A stretch of DNA of 64,000 nucleotides, from the NCBI GenBank assembly GCA_004367505.1, contig SFCB01000064.1, forward strand, positions 692 through 64,691. The letters run 5' to 3'. Below the pieces are notes generated by a model. It saw only the letters and a program-made list of their open reading frames with translations. It made no database searches and had not been told where the DNA came from. The position numbers were made by a program, and so were the translations under genes. The DNA comes from Chloroflexi bacterium OHK40. GTDB lineage: Bacteria; Chloroflexota; Chloroflexia; Chloroflexales; Chloroflexaceae. Numbering within the stretch: position 1 is the stretch's first letter; every line of letters begins with the position of its first letter. Shown here one piece after another: positions 27,435 through 36,668 of the stretch.

Positions 27435-28436
27435 GTGAAGAAGCTGATCAACGCTCCGGAAAACGTGGTCAAAGAGGCCCTCGCCGGGATGGCCGACGCC
27501 CACAGTGATCTCATCCGCGTCCATTATGACCCCGACTATATCGTGCGCGCCGACGCGCCCGTGCAGGGAAAGGTGGGCGTGATTTCCGGCGGCGGCTCCG
27601 GCCACGAGCCGATGCACGGCGGCTTCGTCGGTAAGGGGATGCTCGACGCAGCCTGTCCCGGCGCTGTCTTTACCTCGCCCGTGCCCGACCAGATGCTCGC
27701 CGCGACCAGGGCGGTCTCCGGGGGCAAGGGTGTGTTGCACGTGGTGAAGAACTATACCGGCGACGTGATGAACTTCGAGATGGCCGCCGAACTGGCAGCC
27801 GCCGAGGGGATCGAGGTCGCGAGCGTCGTAACCAACGACGATGTGGCCGTCAAGGATAGCCTCTACACGGCCGGGCGCCGTGGCGTGGGTGTGACGGTCC
27901 TGCTTGAGAAGATCGCTGGCGCGGCGGCCGAGGCTGGCGCCGATCTTGCCGAAGTCAAGCGGATCGCCGAGAAGGTCAATGCCCAGGGCCGCAGTATGGG
28001 CATGGCGCTCACGAGTTGCACCGTGCCCCACGCCGGGAAGCCAACTTTCGAGCTCCCCGACGATGAGATGGAGATCGGGATCGGCATCCACGGTGAGCCC
28101 GGTCGCACGCGCACGAAGCTCGCCAGCGCCACCGAGATCGCCGAGATGCTCGCTGGCCCGATCCTTGAAGATCTGCCCTTCCAGAGCGGCGATACGGTCC
28201 TCGCGTTCGTGAACGGGATGGGTGGCACGCCCCTGATCGAGCTCTACCTCATGTACAATGAGCTCCACCGCATCCTCAAGGGCAAGGGGATCACCATCGG
28301 GCGCCGCCTGGTGGGCAGCTATATCACTTCGCTGGAGATGGCCGGCTGCTCCTTTACCCTCGTCAAGCTCGACGACGAGCTGACCCGCCTCTGGGACGCC
28401 CCTGTCCACACGCCCGCCCTGCGGTGGGGTATGTAG
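27435..28436 (+). CDS. dhaK: Dihydroxyacetone kinase, DhaK subunit
   Basis: The GTG at 27435 follows [42 protein letters not shown], and [11 protein letters not shown] are Dak1 hallmarks. Confidence 0.92.
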   Translation: MKKLINAPENVVKEALAGMADAHSDLIRVHYDPDYIVRADAPVQGKVGVISGGGSGHEPMHGGFVGKGMLDAACPGAVFTSPVPDQMLAATRAVSGGKGVLHVVKNYTGDVMNFEMAAELAAAEGIEVASVVTNDDVAVKDSLYTAGRRGVGVTVLLEKIAGAAAEAGADLAEVKRIAEKVNAQGRSMGMALTSCTVPHAGKPTFELPDDEMEIGIGIHGEPGRTRTKLASATEIAEMLAGPILEDLPFQSGDTVLAFVNGMGGTPLIELYLMYNELHRILKGKGITIGRRLVGSYITSLEMAGCSFTLVKLDDELTRLWDAPVHTPALRWGM

Positions 28437-28522
28437 CTGCCACCGTGCACCATGCGGCGCTCGCTACGGCGCCTGCGCCTGCGGCTCGCATGGTGCATGG
28501 AGCCTTGCCACCGGAGACGGAC

Positions 28523-29161
28523 ATGCAGATCCAAGCCGAGCACGTCATCAAGTTCGTTGAGCTCGTCGCCGCCCGGGTGAAGGAGCAGCGCGATTTCCTC
28601 ACCCAGCTCGACTCGGCCATCGGCGATGCCGACCACGGGGTGAACCTCGATCGTGGCTTCACCACGGTGCTGAGTAAGCTCCCCAGCGTTGCCGATAAGG
28701 ATATCGGCTCCATCCTCAAGACGATCGGCACGACGCTCGTCTCCACCGTCGGCGGTGCCTCCGGGCCGCTCTATGGCACGGCCTTCCTGCGGGCCGGTAT
28801 GGCAACGGCCGATCGCTTTGAGCTCGGCCCCGATGACCTCGTCGCTGCGCTTGAGGCCGCCCTCGAGGGCATTCAGACCCGTGGTAAGTCGACTCGCGGC
28901 GAGAAGACGATGATCGACGCGATCGCTCCGGCTGTGGATGCGCTCAAGGCCGCCAGGGCCAGTGGTGATGACCTTGTGACGGCCATGCGCAAGGCGGTGG
29001 CGGCGTGTGAGGAGGGTGTCAAGGCGACGATCCCCATGCTCGCGACCAAGGGCCGCGCCTCTTACCTCGGCGAGCGCTCGATCGGCCACCAGGACCCCGG
29101 CGCCACCTCGTCGCTCCTGATGGCCCGGGCGATGCTCGAGATCGTGGAGGGGATCAGCTAG
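28523..29161 (+). CDS. dhaL: Dihydroxyacetone kinase, ADP-binding DhaL subunit
   Basis: The ATG at 28523 gives a 212-aa protein. LDSAIGDADHGVNL, GGASGPLYGTAF and TMIDA are Dak2 hallmarks. Confidence 0.9.
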   Translation: MQIQAEHVIKFVELVAARVKEQRDFLTQLDSAIGDADHGVNLDRGFTTVLSKLPSVADKDIGSILKTIGTTLVSTVGGASGPLYGTAFLRAGMATADRFELGPDDLVAALEAALEGIQTRGKSTRGEKTMIDAIAPAVDALKAARASGDDLVTAMRKAVAACEEGVKATIPMLATKGRASYLGERSIGHQDPGATSSLLMARAMLEIVEGIS

Positions 29162-29251
29162 GGACAACGAACCCGCCTGAACGAGAAGTACGGACGCACT
29201 CCGCTCCGGCTTTTCAGGTATCGCTTATCCTGGACAAAGGAGTCTACCGCG

Positions 29252-30748
29252 ATGACTAAGTATGCTGCCGCGATCGATCAGGGCACCACGAGCACCCGCT
29301 GTATGATCTTCGACCATAGCGGCCAGGTGATCTGCTTTGATCAGCGCGAACACGAGCAGATCTACCCCCGCCCCGGCTGGGTGGAGCATAACCCCGATGA
29401 GATCTGGGAGCGCACCCAGGGCGTCGTGCGCGGCGCCCTCCAGAAGGGTGGCCTCAGCGCGAGCGACCTGGTAGCCGTTGGGATTACCAATCAGCGCGAG
29501 ACGACCGTCGTCTGGAACCGGAAGACAGGCCGGGCCGTGTATAACGCGATCGTCTGGCAGGATACTCGCACCGACCAGATCTGCAATGAGCTCGCCAGAG
29601 ATGGTGGCCAGGATCGCTTCCGCGAGAAGGTGGGCTTGCCCCTCGCAACGTACTTCTCCGGCCCCAAGGTGCGCTGGATCCTCGATAACGTGGACGGCGC
29701 CCGCGCCGCCGCTGAGGCTGGTGATCTCGCCTTCGGCAATATCGATACCTTCCTCGTCTGGTGGCTCACCGGCGGCCCCGATGGCGGTGTACACGTGACC
29801 GACGTGACCAACGCCTCGCGCACCATGCTGATGAACCTCCAGACCCTCGATTGGGACGACGAGATCCTTAGCATCATGGGGATTCCCCGTGGCATGCTGC
29901 CGAAGATCGTGCCGAGTAGCCAGGTCTACGGCGAGGCCCGTGGCGAGTTGGCCGGGGTGCCTGTGGCGGGCATCCTCGGTGACCAGCAGGCCGCGATGGT
30001 CGGGCAGACCTGCTATAGCCCCGGCGAGGCGAAGAATACCTACGGCACCGGCTCGTTCATGCTGCTTAACACCGGCACGAAGATTGTGCCCTCCAAGAGC
30101 GGCTTGCTCACCACGCTCTGCTACAAGTTCGGCGACGAGCAGGCCGTCTATGCCCTTGAGGGCTCGATCGCGATCACCGGTGCCCTCGTGCAGTGGCTGC
30201 GCGACAATCTGGGTATGATCACGACCTCGGCCGAGGTGGAGGCCCTTGCCAACCTCGTAGAGGATAACGGCGGGATCTATTTCGTGCCCGCCTTCTCTGG
30301 CCTCTTCGCGCCCTACTGGCGCTCCGATGCTCGCGGTGCGATCGTCGGCCTCACCCGCTACGTCAATAAGGGCCATATCGCCCGCGCCGTGCTCGAGGCC
30401 ACCGCCTACCAGACCCGCGAGGTTCTCGATGCGATGGAGCAGGACTCGGGCGTGAAGCTCACGGCTCTGAAGGTCGATGGCGGGATGGTCTATAACAATA
30501 CGCTCATGCAGTTCCAGGCCGATATCCTCGGGGTGCCGGTGATCCGCCCCAAGGTGGCCGAGACGACGGCCCTCGGCGCCGCCTACGCCGCCGGCCTGGC
30601 TACCGGCTTCTGGAAGAATACCGACGAGATGCGCGCCAACTGGGGCGTGGACCACACCTGGGAGCCGAAGATGGATGCGGCCAGGCGCGAGGAGCTCTAT
30701 AAGGGCTGGAAGAAGGCCGTTACCCGCACCTTCGACTGGGTGGAGTAG
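29252..30748 (+). CDS. glpK: Glycerol kinase
   Basis: 498 aa with [28 protein letters not shown], and [14 protein letters not shown] family with an unmistakable GlpK pattern. Confidence 0.95.
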   Translation: MTKYAAAIDQGTTSTRCMIFDHSGQVICFDQREHEQIYPRPGWVEHNPDEIWERTQGVVRGALQKGGLSASDLVAVGITNQRETTVVWNRKTGRAVYNAIVWQDTRTDQICNELARDGGQDRFREKVGLPLATYFSGPKVRWILDNVDGARAAAEAGDLAFGNIDTFLVWWLTGGPDGGVHVTDVTNASRTMLMNLQTLDWDDEILSIMGIPRGMLPKIVPSSQVYGEARGELAGVPVAGILGDQQAAMVGQTCYSPGEAKNTYGTGSFMLLNTGTKIVPSKSGLLTTLCYKFGDEQAVYALEGSIAITGALVQWLRDNLGMITTSAEVEALANLVEDNGGIYFVPAFSGLFAPYWRSDARGAIVGLTRYVNKGHIARAVLEATAYQTREVLDAMEQDSGVKLTALKVDGGMVYNNTLMQFQADILGVPVIRPKVAETTALGAAYAAGLATGFWKNTDEMRANWGVDHTWEPKMDAARREELYKGWKKAVTRTFDWVE

Positions 30749-30840
30749 AACGGGAGACGGGAACAGGGGGCAGGGAGCTACACGAGGATCGTCTGGCGTG
30801 CTCCTTGACCCCCTCGCTCCCCGTCACGGAGCAGAGGGGC

Positions 30841-32496
30841 ATGATGCAGACACTCGAGACCGACGTGCTGGTGGTGGGCGGTGGCGCGACCGGGGCCGGT
30901 TGCGTGCGCGATCTGGCCATGCGCGGGATCCGCGCCGTGCTTGTGGAGAAGGGCGACCTGACCCACGGTACCACCGGGCGCTACCACGGCCTGCTTCATT
31001 CCGGCGGCCGCTACGTGACCAAAGACCCCCAGTCGGCCACGGAGTGCGCCCATGAGAACGTCGTCCTGCGCCGGATCATGCCCCACTGCCTCGAAGATAC
31101 CTCCGGCTTCTTTGTGATTACGCCCTGGGACGACCCGGACTACGGCGATGTCTTTGTGGCCAATTGCCGCAAGACCGGCGTGCCCGTCCAGGAGATTCCC
31201 GTGGCCGAGGCCCTGCGCCGCGAGCCCGCCCTCAACCCCCGCATCTCTCGCGTCTTCGAGGTGCCCGACGCCGCCGCCGACTCCTTCCTCGCCACCCACT
31301 CCAATGCGCTCTCGGCCCGCGAGCACGGCGCCCTGATCCTCACCTACCATAGTGTGGTCGATCTGCTCCGCGAGGGCGACCGGGTGGTCGGTGCCGTCGT
31401 GGAGGATCTGCGCAGCGGCGAGCATCGCCCCATCCGCTGCGCGTTTGTGCTCAACGCCGCTGGCGCCTGGGCTGGCAAGATTGCCGCAATGGCCGGTGTC
31501 ACCGTCACCGTGATCCCCGGCAAGGGGACCATGGTGGCGATGAACCACCGTATGGTCAATACGGTCATCAACCGCTGTAAGCTCCCCGCCGACGGCGACA
31601 TCCTCGTACCGATCCGTACTGTGGCCGTGATCGGCACCACCGATGTGCACGTGCCCGATCCTGATGTCTATGGCATCGAGCCCGACGAGATCCAGTTCAT
31701 GCTCGATGAGGGCGAGAAGCTGGTGCCCGGCTTTCAGCACTACCGTGCCCTGCGCGCCTGGGCCGGCGTGCGCCCCCTCTATAAGGACCAGGACGTCGCC
31801 AGCGACCGCGATATCAGCCGCACCTACAAGCTGCTCGACCACGAGCAGCGCGATGGGGTCGCCGGGCTGCTCTCGATCGTCGGCGGGAAGTGGACGACCT
31901 ACCGCATGATGGCCCAGGAGGCGGTGGACGAGATCGCCCGCAAGCTCGGCAATACAACGCCGTGCCGGACGCACGAGGAGTTGCTGCCGGTGCCGCCAAC
32001 CGAGGCGCCGGGCCACCAGGCGAGCGCTACGCCCCGGTTGATGTTCTGGATGGGTAAGCCGCTCGCCGACGTGGAGCGCGAGCACGCCTACGGCGACCTG
32101 ATCTGCGAGTGCGAGTTGGTGACGAAGGCCCGGGTGCAGGCTGCCATCGACAGCGGCGCCGCCAACCTCGACGATGTGCGCCGCGATGTGCGCATGGGGA
32201 TGGGGCCTTGTCAGGGTGGCTGGTGCATCTATCGCACGGCGGCCCTGCTCTTCGAGCAGAAACAGGCCAGTGGCCTCACCAACGCCAATACCAATGCGGC
32301 GCTGCTCCACTTCCTCCAGGAGCGCTGGAAGGGCCTCACTCCGGTGCTCTGGGGCGACCAGTTGCGCCAGGCGCGGCTCGACGAGTTGATCTACGTGGGC
32401 CTCATGGGCGCGCACCGCCTGCGTGAGCATGCCGAGCAGGGTGGCGGCCTCGTGACCGACCATCCGGCCGTGGCAACTGAGTATGTGAAGGCGTGA
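30841..32496 (+). CDS. glpA: Anaerobic glycerol-3-phosphate dehydrogenase subunit A
   Basis: FAD fold DVLVVGGGATGAG and a C-terminal BFD-like [2Fe-2S] region (LICECELVT...GMGPCQGGWC). The start (30841, 30844 or 30805) is uncertain. Confidence 0.88.
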   Translation: MMQTLETDVLVVGGGATGAGCVRDLAMRGIRAVLVEKGDLTHGTTGRYHGLLHSGGRYVTKDPQSATECAHENVVLRRIMPHCLEDTSGFFVITPWDDPDYGDVFVANCRKTGVPVQEIPVAEALRREPALNPRISRVFEVPDAAADSFLATHSNALSAREHGALILTYHSVVDLLREGDRVVGAVVEDLRSGEHRPIRCAFVLNAAGAWAGKIAAMAGVTVTVIPGKGTMVAMNHRMVNTVINRCKLPADGDILVPIRTVAVIGTTDVHVPDPDVYGIEPDEIQFMLDEGEKLVPGFQHYRALRAWAGVRPLYKDQDVASDRDISRTYKLLDHEQRDGVAGLLSIVGGKWTTYRMMAQEAVDEIARKLGNTTPCRTHEELLPVPPTEAPGHQASATPRLMFWMGKPLADVEREHAYGDLICECELVTKARVQAAIDSGAANLDDVRRDVRMGMGPCQGGWCIYRTAALLFEQKQASGLTNANTNAALLHFLQERWKGLTPVLWGDQLRQARLDELIYVGLMGAHRLREHAEQGGGLVTDHPAVATEYVKA

Positions 32497-32543
32497 GGAG
32501 GGCGGAGGGGATCGTCCCCGGCGCCCCTCCGCACTTGAAGCCT

Positions 32544-33785
32544 ATGCACTACGATACGATCGTGATCGGCGCCGGCCTTGCCGGCCTGATGGCCGCCCTT
32601 GCGCGCGCCGAGCGTGGTGAGCGTGTGCTCCTGCTCGCCAAGGGCCACGGCACCACCCACTGGACGTCCGGCTGCATCGATCTGCTCGATGCCGGTGACG
32701 ATCCGCTGGCTGCCATCGGCCGGCTGGCTGCCGAGCAGCCCGAGCATCCCTACGCCCTGGCTGGTACGGTGGCGCTTGAACAGGGCCTGGAGCGGCTGCG
32801 CGCCGCCTGCGAGGCCGCTGGCTACCCCCTCGCTGGCTCGCCCGGGCGCAATGTGCGGCTGCCCACGGCCCTCGGCGCCCTCCGACCGACCTGCTTGCTC
32901 CCCGCGACCATGGTCGCCGGTGAGGCCCGCCAGCTCGCCGATGGGCGCCCCACGCTGATCGCTGGCTTTCACGAGCTGCGCGACTTCTTTCCTCCACTGA
33001 TCGCGGCGAACCTGCGCGACCAGGGGCTGCACGCGGAGGCCGCCTATCTCGGCCTGCCCCCCGTCGAGCGCAGCCATGAGTTCGGTCCGATGATCTTTGC
33101 CCGGCTGTTCGAACGAACTGACTTCCGCGCCGCGATCGGGGAGCAGTTGGCCACGCTCGTTCGGCGCGGCGGGTACGCCCGCGTTGGCCTACCCGCTGTG
33201 CTCGGTGTGCGTCGCGCCACCGAGGTGGTGCGCGATCTCCAGGCCCGCGCCGGGGCCCTCGTTTTCGAGATCCCGACGCTCCCCACCTCGGTTCCGGGCG
33301 TCCGGCTCTTCCAGGCGCTCCACGACGCCTTCCTGGCCGCCGGGGGCCGTGTCCAGCTCGGCTCCTTCGTGCTGCGGGGCGAGGGCGCTGCGGCGACACT
33401 TACGGTGATCATCAGTGAGGCGGCCGCGCGCGAACAGCGCCACCGTGCCTTGCGATTCGTGCTCGCCACCGGCGGTGTGGCCGGCGGCGGGCTCCGCGCC
33501 GACCATACCGGCGTGCTCCAGGAGACGGCCCTCGGCCTGCCGGTGCGCGCCCCAGGCGGCCCGAGCGAGTGGTTCGCCCCACGCTTCCTCGATGAGGCCG
33601 GCCACCCTATCTTTCGTGCCGGTATCGCGGTGGATGACCAACTGCGCCCCCTCGACGCGGCTGGCCGCGTTGCCTATCACAATGTTGCTGTCGCCGGCTC
33701 CGCCATCGCCGGCTGCGATCCGATCCGCGAAGGCTGCCTCGAAGGCGTAGCGATTGCTACTGGCTGGAAGGCGGGCCTGTTATAG
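32544..33785 (+). CDS. glpB: Anaerobic glycerol-3-phosphate dehydrogenase subunit B
   Basis: The ATG at 32544 gives MHYDTIVIGAGLAGLMAA (dinucleotide fold). It lies between glpA and glpC with a GlpB-like length (413 aa). Confidence 0.8.
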   Translation: MHYDTIVIGAGLAGLMAALARAERGERVLLLAKGHGTTHWTSGCIDLLDAGDDPLAAIGRLAAEQPEHPYALAGTVALEQGLERLRAACEAAGYPLAGSPGRNVRLPTALGALRPTCLLPATMVAGEARQLADGRPTLIAGFHELRDFFPPLIAANLRDQGLHAEAAYLGLPPVERSHEFGPMIFARLFERTDFRAAIGEQLATLVRRGGYARVGLPAVLGVRRATEVVRDLQARAGALVFEIPTLPTSVPGVRLFQALHDAFLAAGGRVQLGSFVLRGEGAAATLTVIISEAAAREQRHRALRFVLATGGVAGGGLRADHTGVLQETALGLPVRAPGGPSEWFAPRFLDEAGHPIFRAGIAVDDQLRPLDAAGRVAYHNVAVAGSAIAGCDPIREGCLEGVAIATGWKAGLL

Positions 33786-33840
33786 GAATGCAACCGGCAA
33801 GCATGACGCGCGCCGTTTGCGGGTTGCGTTACCCATTGCC

Positions 33841-35085
33841 ATGGACCACATTGAGCTCTCGCTGACCCAATCCCTTGATCACTGCATCAAGTGCAATATT
33901 TGCACCTCGGCCTGCCCGGTGGCCGCAGTGACGGACAAGTTCCCCGGCCCGAAGTACGTGGGGCCGCAAGCCCAGCGCTTCCGGCGCGCGGGCCAGCCGG
34001 TGCCCGACGACTCGGTGGACTATTGCTCGGGCTGCCGGGTGTGCAACCAGGTCTGCCCGACGGGCGTACGCATCGCCGAGCTTAACGCCCGCGCCCGGGC
34101 TCAGATCGTCGCCGAGCGGGGCCTGCCACTGCGCAATGCGCTCATCGCGCGCTCCGAGCTGATTGGCCGGCTCAGCTGTGGCCCCCACGCCCCGCTCGTC
34201 AACTTCGGCCTCGGCTTTAAGCCGGCCCGCTGGGCGGTCGATAAAGTCCTCGGGATCCACCAGGATGCGCCACTGCCCCGGGCGAGCCGCTCATCCTTCC
34301 GCGCCTGGTTTGCCCGCCGGAGGCGGAGCCTGGATGCGCGATCCCCAGGTACTCCGGCCCAGCCCTCACGGCAGGTGGTCTACTTCCACGGCTGCGCCAC
34401 CAACTACTACGAGCCGGAGGTGGGCAAAGCTGCGGTGGCGGTGCTCGAGCGCAATGGCTTCGAGGTGATCCTCGCCGAGCAAAACTGCTGCGGTCTGCCG
34501 CTGCTCTCCAACGGCGCCTTCGCCGACGCGCGCAAGCTCCACGAGGCCAACGTGCGCAAGCTGCTGCCCTACGTACGCCGGGGTATCCCGGTGGTGGGCA
34601 CCAGCACGAGCTGCACCCTCACCCTCAAGGAAGAGGCCCCCGAGTTGCTCGGCCTCAGTTCGGAAGAGGTGCATGCCGTGGCCGCTGGCACCTACGATAT
34701 CTTTGAATTCCTGCGCGATCTCGCCGACCGCGATCAGCTCAATACCGAGTTTCGTCCCGTCGAGCGGCGCCTACCCTACCATCCACCTTGCCAGCTCCGC
34801 GCCCACCGGATCGGCCGCCCCGTGCTGGATATTCTGGCCCTCGTTCCCGGGCTGCGCCTCGACGAGAGCCGCAACGAGTGCTGCGGAATCGCTGGCACCT
34901 ACGGGCTCAAGCGGGAGAAGTATCAGATCGGCATGGATGTAGGCGCCGGTCTCTTCGCCTTCGTCCGGGGCTCCGGCTCCGACCTCGCGCTCTGCGATAG
35001 CGAAACCTGTCGCTGGCAGATCACCCACGGCACCGGCGTGCGGAGCAAGCACCCGATCGAGATCCTTGCCGAAGCGTATGGATAA
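33841..35085 (+). CDS. glpC: Anaerobic glycerol-3-phosphate dehydrogenase subunit C (Fe-S, CCG domains)
   Basis: Two ferredoxin-type clusters (CIKCNICTSACP, CSGCRVCNQVCP) and two CCG motifs (NCCGLP, ECCGIAG). Confidence 0.88.
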   Translation: MDHIELSLTQSLDHCIKCNICTSACPVAAVTDKFPGPKYVGPQAQRFRRAGQPVPDDSVDYCSGCRVCNQVCPTGVRIAELNARARAQIVAERGLPLRNALIARSELIGRLSCGPHAPLVNFGLGFKPARWAVDKVLGIHQDAPLPRASRSSFRAWFARRRRSLDARSPGTPAQPSRQVVYFHGCATNYYEPEVGKAAVAVLERNGFEVILAEQNCCGLPLLSNGAFADARKLHEANVRKLLPYVRRGIPVVGTSTSCTLTLKEEAPELLGLSSEEVHAVAAGTYDIFEFLRDLADRDQLNTEFRPVERRLPYHPPCQLRAHRIGRPVLDILALVPGLRLDESRNECCGIAGTYGLKREKYQIGMDVGAGLFAFVRGSGSDLALCDSETCRWQITHGTGVRSKHPIEILAEAYG

Positions 35086-35090
35086 CGATT

Positions 35091-35804
35091 ATGATCGGCA
35101 TCCTGATCATCTCCCACAGCGCTCAGATCGCCCGTGGTGTCAAGGAGCTTGCGGAGCAGATGGCCAAAGGCCAGGTGCCGATCGCGGTCGCTGGCGGTAC
35201 GCAGGAGGGCGACCTCGGTACCTCGGCTGACCTGATCATGCGGGCCATGGAGCAACTGCGTGATGTGACTGGCGTGCTCGCGCTGGTGGATATGGGTAGC
35301 GCGGTGATGAGCGCCGAGATGGCCCTGGAGCTGGCGGGTGTGCCCTATGTGATCAGTGGCGCTCCACTGGTGGAGGGTGCCCTCGTCGCCGCCGTCGAGG
35401 CCTCCCGCCCCGGCACGACCCTCGCCGAGGTTGCTGCCGCCGCCGAGCGCGCCCTCGAGACGAAAGGCGTTCATAGCACCGTGAACGCCCCCGTCGCCCC
35501 GGCGCCGCCACCCCCGGCTGCCGCCGGTGTGGAGGCCACGCTGACGATTAGGAACAAGGTGGGCCTCCATATGCGCCCGGCGAAGGAGTTCGTGCAGGCG
35601 GCCTCCCGCTTCGGCAGCACGGTGCGAGTGCGGAACCTCGACCGCCCGGAGCGGCCCGAGGGCAATGCCAAGAGTATGATCGATGTGATGAAGCTCGGCG
35701 TCTCCGCCGGGCAGCGCATTCTGGTGCGCGCCGAGGGCGATGATGCCCAGGCCGTGGTGGATGCCCTCACGCAGCTCGTGGCCGACAACTTCGGCGAGGC
35801 CTGA
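35091..35804 (+). CDS. dhaM: PTS-dependent DHA kinase phosphotransfer subunit DhaM (EIIA-Man-like + HPr-like domains)
   Basis: N-terminal MIGILIISHSAQIARG (phospho-His context) and a C-terminal HPr-like TLTIRNKVGLHMRPAKEFV. No EI-like third domain (237 aa). Confidence 0.85.
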   Translation: MIGILIISHSAQIARGVKELAEQMAKGQVPIAVAGGTQEGDLGTSADLIMRAMEQLRDVTGVLALVDMGSAVMSAEMALELAGVPYVISGAPLVEGALVAAVEASRPGTTLAEVAAAAERALETKGVHSTVNAPVAPAPPPPAAAGVEATLTIRNKVGLHMRPAKEFVQAASRFGSTVRVRNLDRPERPEGNAKSMIDVMKLGVSAGQRILVRAEGDDAQAVVDALTQLVADNFGEA

Positions 35805-35810
35805 GGGCGA

Positions 35811-36611
35811 TCATATCAACGCCAACAACGCCGACCGGATGGCGGGCCATGCGGCCGTATGCGGACCCACCAGTTCGAAGTGGCCGGCGCCCTCCAGCAC
35901 TTCCAGGCGCGCATCGTCGCCCGCCGCCCGTGCCCGCGCCACAATCGCGTCCAGGTAGTCAGGTGGAACGATCGTGTCGGCGGCGCCAACCAGGTGGCGC
36001 TGTGGCAACCCAAGCGGTAGCCACGCCGTGGGTGATGCATTGACATAACGTTCGGGAAGCTGCTCCGGCTCACCCCCGAGGAGCTCCTGCACCGCTGTGC
36101 CGCAGAGCCCGCGCCGCGCCGCAGCCTCGAGATCGGCCAGGGCGGCCAGGGCGAGCACCCCGCGTAGCTCCAGCGGTTCGGGCGACCAGAGCGGCGACTC
36201 GCGCGGCAGGCGTGGCCGGGCCGCCAGCCAGAGCGCCAGGTGGCCACCCGCCGAATGCCCGCCTGCCACGACGCGCCGCAGATCCAGCGGGGCATCGAGG
36301 GTGCGCAGCGCATCGGCCCCGGCAGCCACATCACGCAGCGTCACTGGCCAGCCGCCTTCACCGCCGATGCGCCGGTACTCCAGGCTCCACACCGCCACGC
36401 CCTCGGCGCGCACCGCGGCACAGAGCCGCCCGAGCGGCTCCAGCCCGTACCGGGCCCGCCAGCAGCCCCCATGGATGAGCACGAGCACCGGATGGGGGCC
36501 GTCGCCAGCGGGCAGGTAGAGCTCGCCAAACTGGTCCGGGTGCGGCCCGTAGGCCCTGCGCGCGTCCGGCGACTCTGTGGGCCAGGTGCGGTACTCGTCT
36601 GCCGTGATCAT
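35811..36611 (-). CDS. Alpha/beta hydrolase (esterase/arylformamidase-like)
   Basis: Oxyanion HGGCW and the nucleophile elbow GGHSAGGHLAL. Convergent with dhaM, with 6 nt between the stops. Confidence 0.75.
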   Translation of the reverse strand: MITADEYRTWPTESPDARRAYGPHPDQFGELYLPAGDGPHPVLVLIHGGCWRARYGLEPLGRLCAAVRAEGVAVWSLEYRRIGGEGGWPVTLRDVAAGADALRTLDAPLDLRRVVAGGHSAGGHLALWLAARPRLPRESPLWSPEPLELRGVLALAALADLEAAARRGLCGTAVQELLGGEPEQLPERYVNASPTAWLPLGLPQRHLVGAADTIVPPDYLDAIVARARAAGDDARLEVLEGAGHFELVGPHTAAWPAIRSALLALI

Positions 36612-36668
36612 GATCGCTCCTTCCCGAGTGTCTGCTGCATCGCTTCGACAATGCGCTCCATCGGCTCC

